Assembly (NCBI GenBank): GCA_963745025.1
Contig: CAVUWD010000013.1
Location: forward strand, 256,001 to 320,000
DNA length: 64,000 nucleotides
Source: an uncultured delta proteobacterium
GTDB lineage: Bacteria; Desulfobacterota; Binatia; JACPRU01
Reading direction: 5' to 3'
The position numbers were made by a program, and so were the translations under genes. Within the stretch, counting starts at the first letter, position 1. Each line of letters begins with the position of its first letter. The notes beneath the pieces are model-generated. The model did no database searches. It saw only the letters and a list, made by a program, of their open reading frames with translations, and was not told where the DNA came from. This document shows, piece after piece, positions 61,593 to 64,000 of the stretch.

Positions 61593-61608
61593 CGCAACGT
61601 ACTTTGCG
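61593..61608. promoter_or_regulatory. inverted repeat, candidate operator in the divergent promoter region
   Basis: CGCAA-N6-TTGCG between the two divergent aromatic operons. Confidence 0.3.
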
Positions 61609-61689
61609 GATCGCTTGACGAGGGTATTCTTCAGTGCAAAAGACTTCGACTCCGTGGGCTCGCCGGAGAGGATCCGCGAGACGCGGCGA

Positions 61690-62399
61690 ATGCGAGCCCG
61701 AGCCTGAGCCGACCGCGACTTCGCAGCGTGCTTTCCTCGCGCGATTCGAGCGCGCCCGCCGTCGTGCCGCTCATCGAGGCGCATGCGGCGCGTCTCGAGC
61801 AGCTTTCCGACGATCGCTGGTCCGCCGACGCGGAGGCGCAGGCGCGCATGCTCCGCTCCGTCCAGGCGCTCTATGGGCTCGATGCGGTGACGGTCGGAGC
61901 GCGAGGCCTCGCCGCCGCCGCGCGAGAATGCCGAGCGCTCGGGCCGGCCTCGGTCGGGGAGATGGCGAGCGTCACATTGGCTCGCGACGTCATCCGCCGG
62001 CTGCGGTCTGTTCTTGGTGAACGAGCGGGCATTGCGGCGGTGCTTCCCGACGCCTCCCGCCTCGCTTCACTGCTCGGGGCTCCGGGCGAGACCGCATGGG
62101 CCAGCGCCGTTCTCGCCGAGCTCGTGCGCGCCGTCGGCCCCGAGGAGCCGGATCTGATCCTCCTCTGCGGCGACGACCCCGTCGATCCGACGCTCGAGAC
62201 GATCGCCGAATTCTTCGGTGCGTCGTTGCTGCCGATCGGCCGCTCGGCTCCTGCAGGAATGGTGGCCGTTACGCAGGCGGAGTTGATCCGCGGCGATTTA
62301 CCGCCCGGCTGGCTCTACACGACGACCACCGAGATCGAACCCGCGGCCGACCCGGCGACCGTTCGAGCGGCGATCGAGCGTTTGCGGGGCCCGCGATGA
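61690..62399 (+). CDS. short divergent UroD/MtaA-superfamily-like protein
   Basis: VVPLIEAHAARL...QALYGLDAVTVG and C-terminal TTTTEIEPAADPATV resemble UroD/MtaA barrel ends; stop coupled to the next gene; start not determinable. Confidence 0.45.
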
Positions 62400-63628
62400 G
62401 TGTCGACCCGCGCTCGCGCCATCGCCCCGTGATCGTCGTCGGTGCCGGGCCGGTCGGCTTGAGCGCGGCGTTGGCCGTTCGAGCCGCAGGCCTCCCGGCG
62501 ACGATACTCGAGGCGGGGCCGGAGAACCGGCTCCGCCCCGGAAGCCGTGCGATCTACATCCATGGCACGACCCTCGAGACACTCGAGCGCGTGCACGCCG
62601 GCCTCGGCCGGCAGCTCGCCGAGCGCGGCGTCGTATGGCCGACCCGGCGCACGCTCTGGCGCGGTCGCGAGGTGTTCTCGCGCACGTACGATCCGGCCCC
62701 GAAATCGAAATTGCCGCACTTCACGAGCCTCCCGCAGACCCAGGCCGAAACGCTTTTTCTCGAGGCGTGCACGCAAGACGGGGTGGAGCTCGTCTGGGGC
62801 GCTGCCGTCGCGGGAGTGGACTCGCGCGCCGACGGAGTGACGATTCACCTCGCTTCCGGGGACGGGTGGACGGCGGATTACCTCGTGGGTGCGGACGGCG
62901 CTCGCTCCGCCGTGCGCCAGGCGATCGGAGTCGAGCTCGAGGGCAACTACTCGGTGAATTCCTACGTGATCGTCGACGTCGCGGAGGATCCGAGCGAACC
63001 CCTCCCGGTCGAGCGCGTCTTTCACTACGAGCACCCGGCGGTCGGCGGTCGAAACGTTCTACTGGTGCCGTTCGCTGGGGGTTGGCGCGCCGACCTGCAA
63101 TGCAAAGAAGACGACGATCCGGAGGCATTCAGCAAGCCGGAAGGCGCTCGTGCCTGGGTGGCGAGCACGCTCGGCGAGAGGTACGGCGGGCGCGTGACCT
63201 GGGTCTCGACCTACCAGTTCCTGCAGGTGATCGCCCAAAGCTTCGTCGATCGCAATCGTCGCGTCCTGCTGGTCGGAGAGGCGGCGCACCTGTTCGCTCC
63301 CTTCGGCGCTCGAGGCATGAACTCCGGAATCGCCGACGCCGCGGCGGCAGCGACCGCCATCAAAGCAGCGATCGGCGCGCGTTACACGGCGGCGGCGTCG
63401 GCGGCGATCGATGACTTTGCGCGCGAGCGTCACGCGGCCGCGGAATGGAATCGGGCGGCGGCGGGCGAAGCGCTCGCGCACTTGCAGGCGCACACGCCGT
63501 GGCGGCGCGTCAGGCGGATCGCCGCCGTACTCGCCGCGCCGTGGTGGCCGAGAGCTGGACAGTGGCTGGACACCGCGCCCTACGGGCCGCGCGGCGGACC
63601 CCCGACGGCGGGGCGTACGAAGTACTGA
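62396..63628 (+). CDS. FAD-dependent monooxygenase (MhpA-like group A)
   Basis: GAGPVG, SRAI, VGADGARSAVR and LVGEAAHLFAPFGARGMNSGIADA motifs. Confidence 0.87.
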   Translation: MSVDPRSRHRPVIVVGAGPVGLSAALAVRAAGLPATILEAGPENRLRPGSRAIYIHGTTLETLERVHAGLGRQLAERGVVWPTRRTLWRGREVFSRTYDPAPKSKLPHFTSLPQTQAETLFLEACTQDGVELVWGAAVAGVDSRADGVTIHLASGDGWTADYLVGADGARSAVRQAIGVELEGNYSVNSYVIVDVAEDPSEPLPVERVFHYEHPAVGGRNVLLVPFAGGWRADLQCKEDDDPEAFSKPEGARAWVASTLGERYGGRVTWVSTYQFLQVIAQSFVDRNRRVLLVGEAAHLFAPFGARGMNSGIADAAAAATAIKAAIGARYTAAASAAIDDFARERHAAAEWNRAAAGEALAHLQAHTPWRRVRRIAAVLAAPWWPRAGQWLDTAPYGPRGGPPTAGRTKY

Positions 63629-63788
63629 GCAATCGAGCCGGTGTTTCCGGCCTCTCCCCTCGCAGCGACGCCCTGCGCCCCGGGGCGAGACGTCACCGTC
63701 TTCCACGGATGCCGTTGTCGCGGATGATGCGCACCTCGACCGCCCACGGGCAACTATTGACGGAACGGCGCCCGCAAGTGTCGCCGCG

Positions 63789-64000
63789 TCACACGATTGC
63801 GCGCGCCGCGGCGAGCCCGTCGACCTCCTCGCTCTTGAACCCCCAGTCGCGAAGCACCTCTCGGGTGTGCTGTCCGGGGATCGCGGGGGGGCGCTGCACT
63901 CTGCCCGGCGTACGGCTGAAGCGCGGAGCGGGTGCCGGCTGGACGACGCCTTCGACCTCGACGAACGCCTTTCGCCGGGTGTTGTGCGGGTGCGCGGGCG
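63789..64000 (-). CDS. CaiB/BaiF CoA-transferase/racemase family, C-terminal part (runs off the window)
   Basis: Translated by hand: HPHNTRRKAFVEVEGVVQPAPAPRFSRTPG...PGQHTREVLRDWG. Confidence 0.8.
   Translation of the reverse strand, partial: PAHPHNTRRKAFVEVEGVVQPAPAPRFSRTPGRVQRPPAIPGQHTREVLRDWGFKSEEVDGLAAARAIV

Noticed and set aside
63270-63295. GEAAH instead of GDAAH in the flavin monooxygenase
   Set aside because: Conservative change in an otherwise intact FAD motif; not enough to infer new chemistry

Overview
GC-rich bacterial window with no rRNA, tRNA, CRISPR array or intact transposase that I can recognise. It has five blocks. (1) 0.2-10.7 kb: CBS proteins, a ba3-type (B-family) cytochrome c oxidase operon including an unlisted 42-aa subunit IIa and sigma-54-type promoter motifs, an NtrC-like regulator, and a GNAT/acyl-CoA-synthetase Pat protein divergent from a benzoate-CoA ligase and RidA. 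(2) 12.6-39.6 kb: a Wzx/Wzy-type polysaccharide locus with an unusual tailoring set. It holds six signal-peptide-less alkaline-phosphatase-superfamily (NPP-like) paralogs, five ending in an L-x-x-LGY-x-[DE] tail, plus a 40-aa mini-copy, two B12-binding radical SAM enzymes, a COG0523 GTPase, a HEAT lipoprotein, an FAD oxidoreductase and a frameshifted sulfatase. This is the best candidate for an undescribed system. (3) 39.6-48.6 kb: two GH-A-like paralogs that appear to lack the nucleophile Glu, and an ArnT/ArnC-like module with a decayed aminotransferase. (4) 48.8-53.8 kb: an ECF sigma/anti-sigma/DUF3106-like unit headed by a secreted repeat protein, then two GT4 genes. (5) 54-64 kb: a PaaX-associated gentisate-type aromatic catabolic cluster with unexplained MetE-like and UroD-like members. 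All assignments come from motif recognition by eye; no searches were run.
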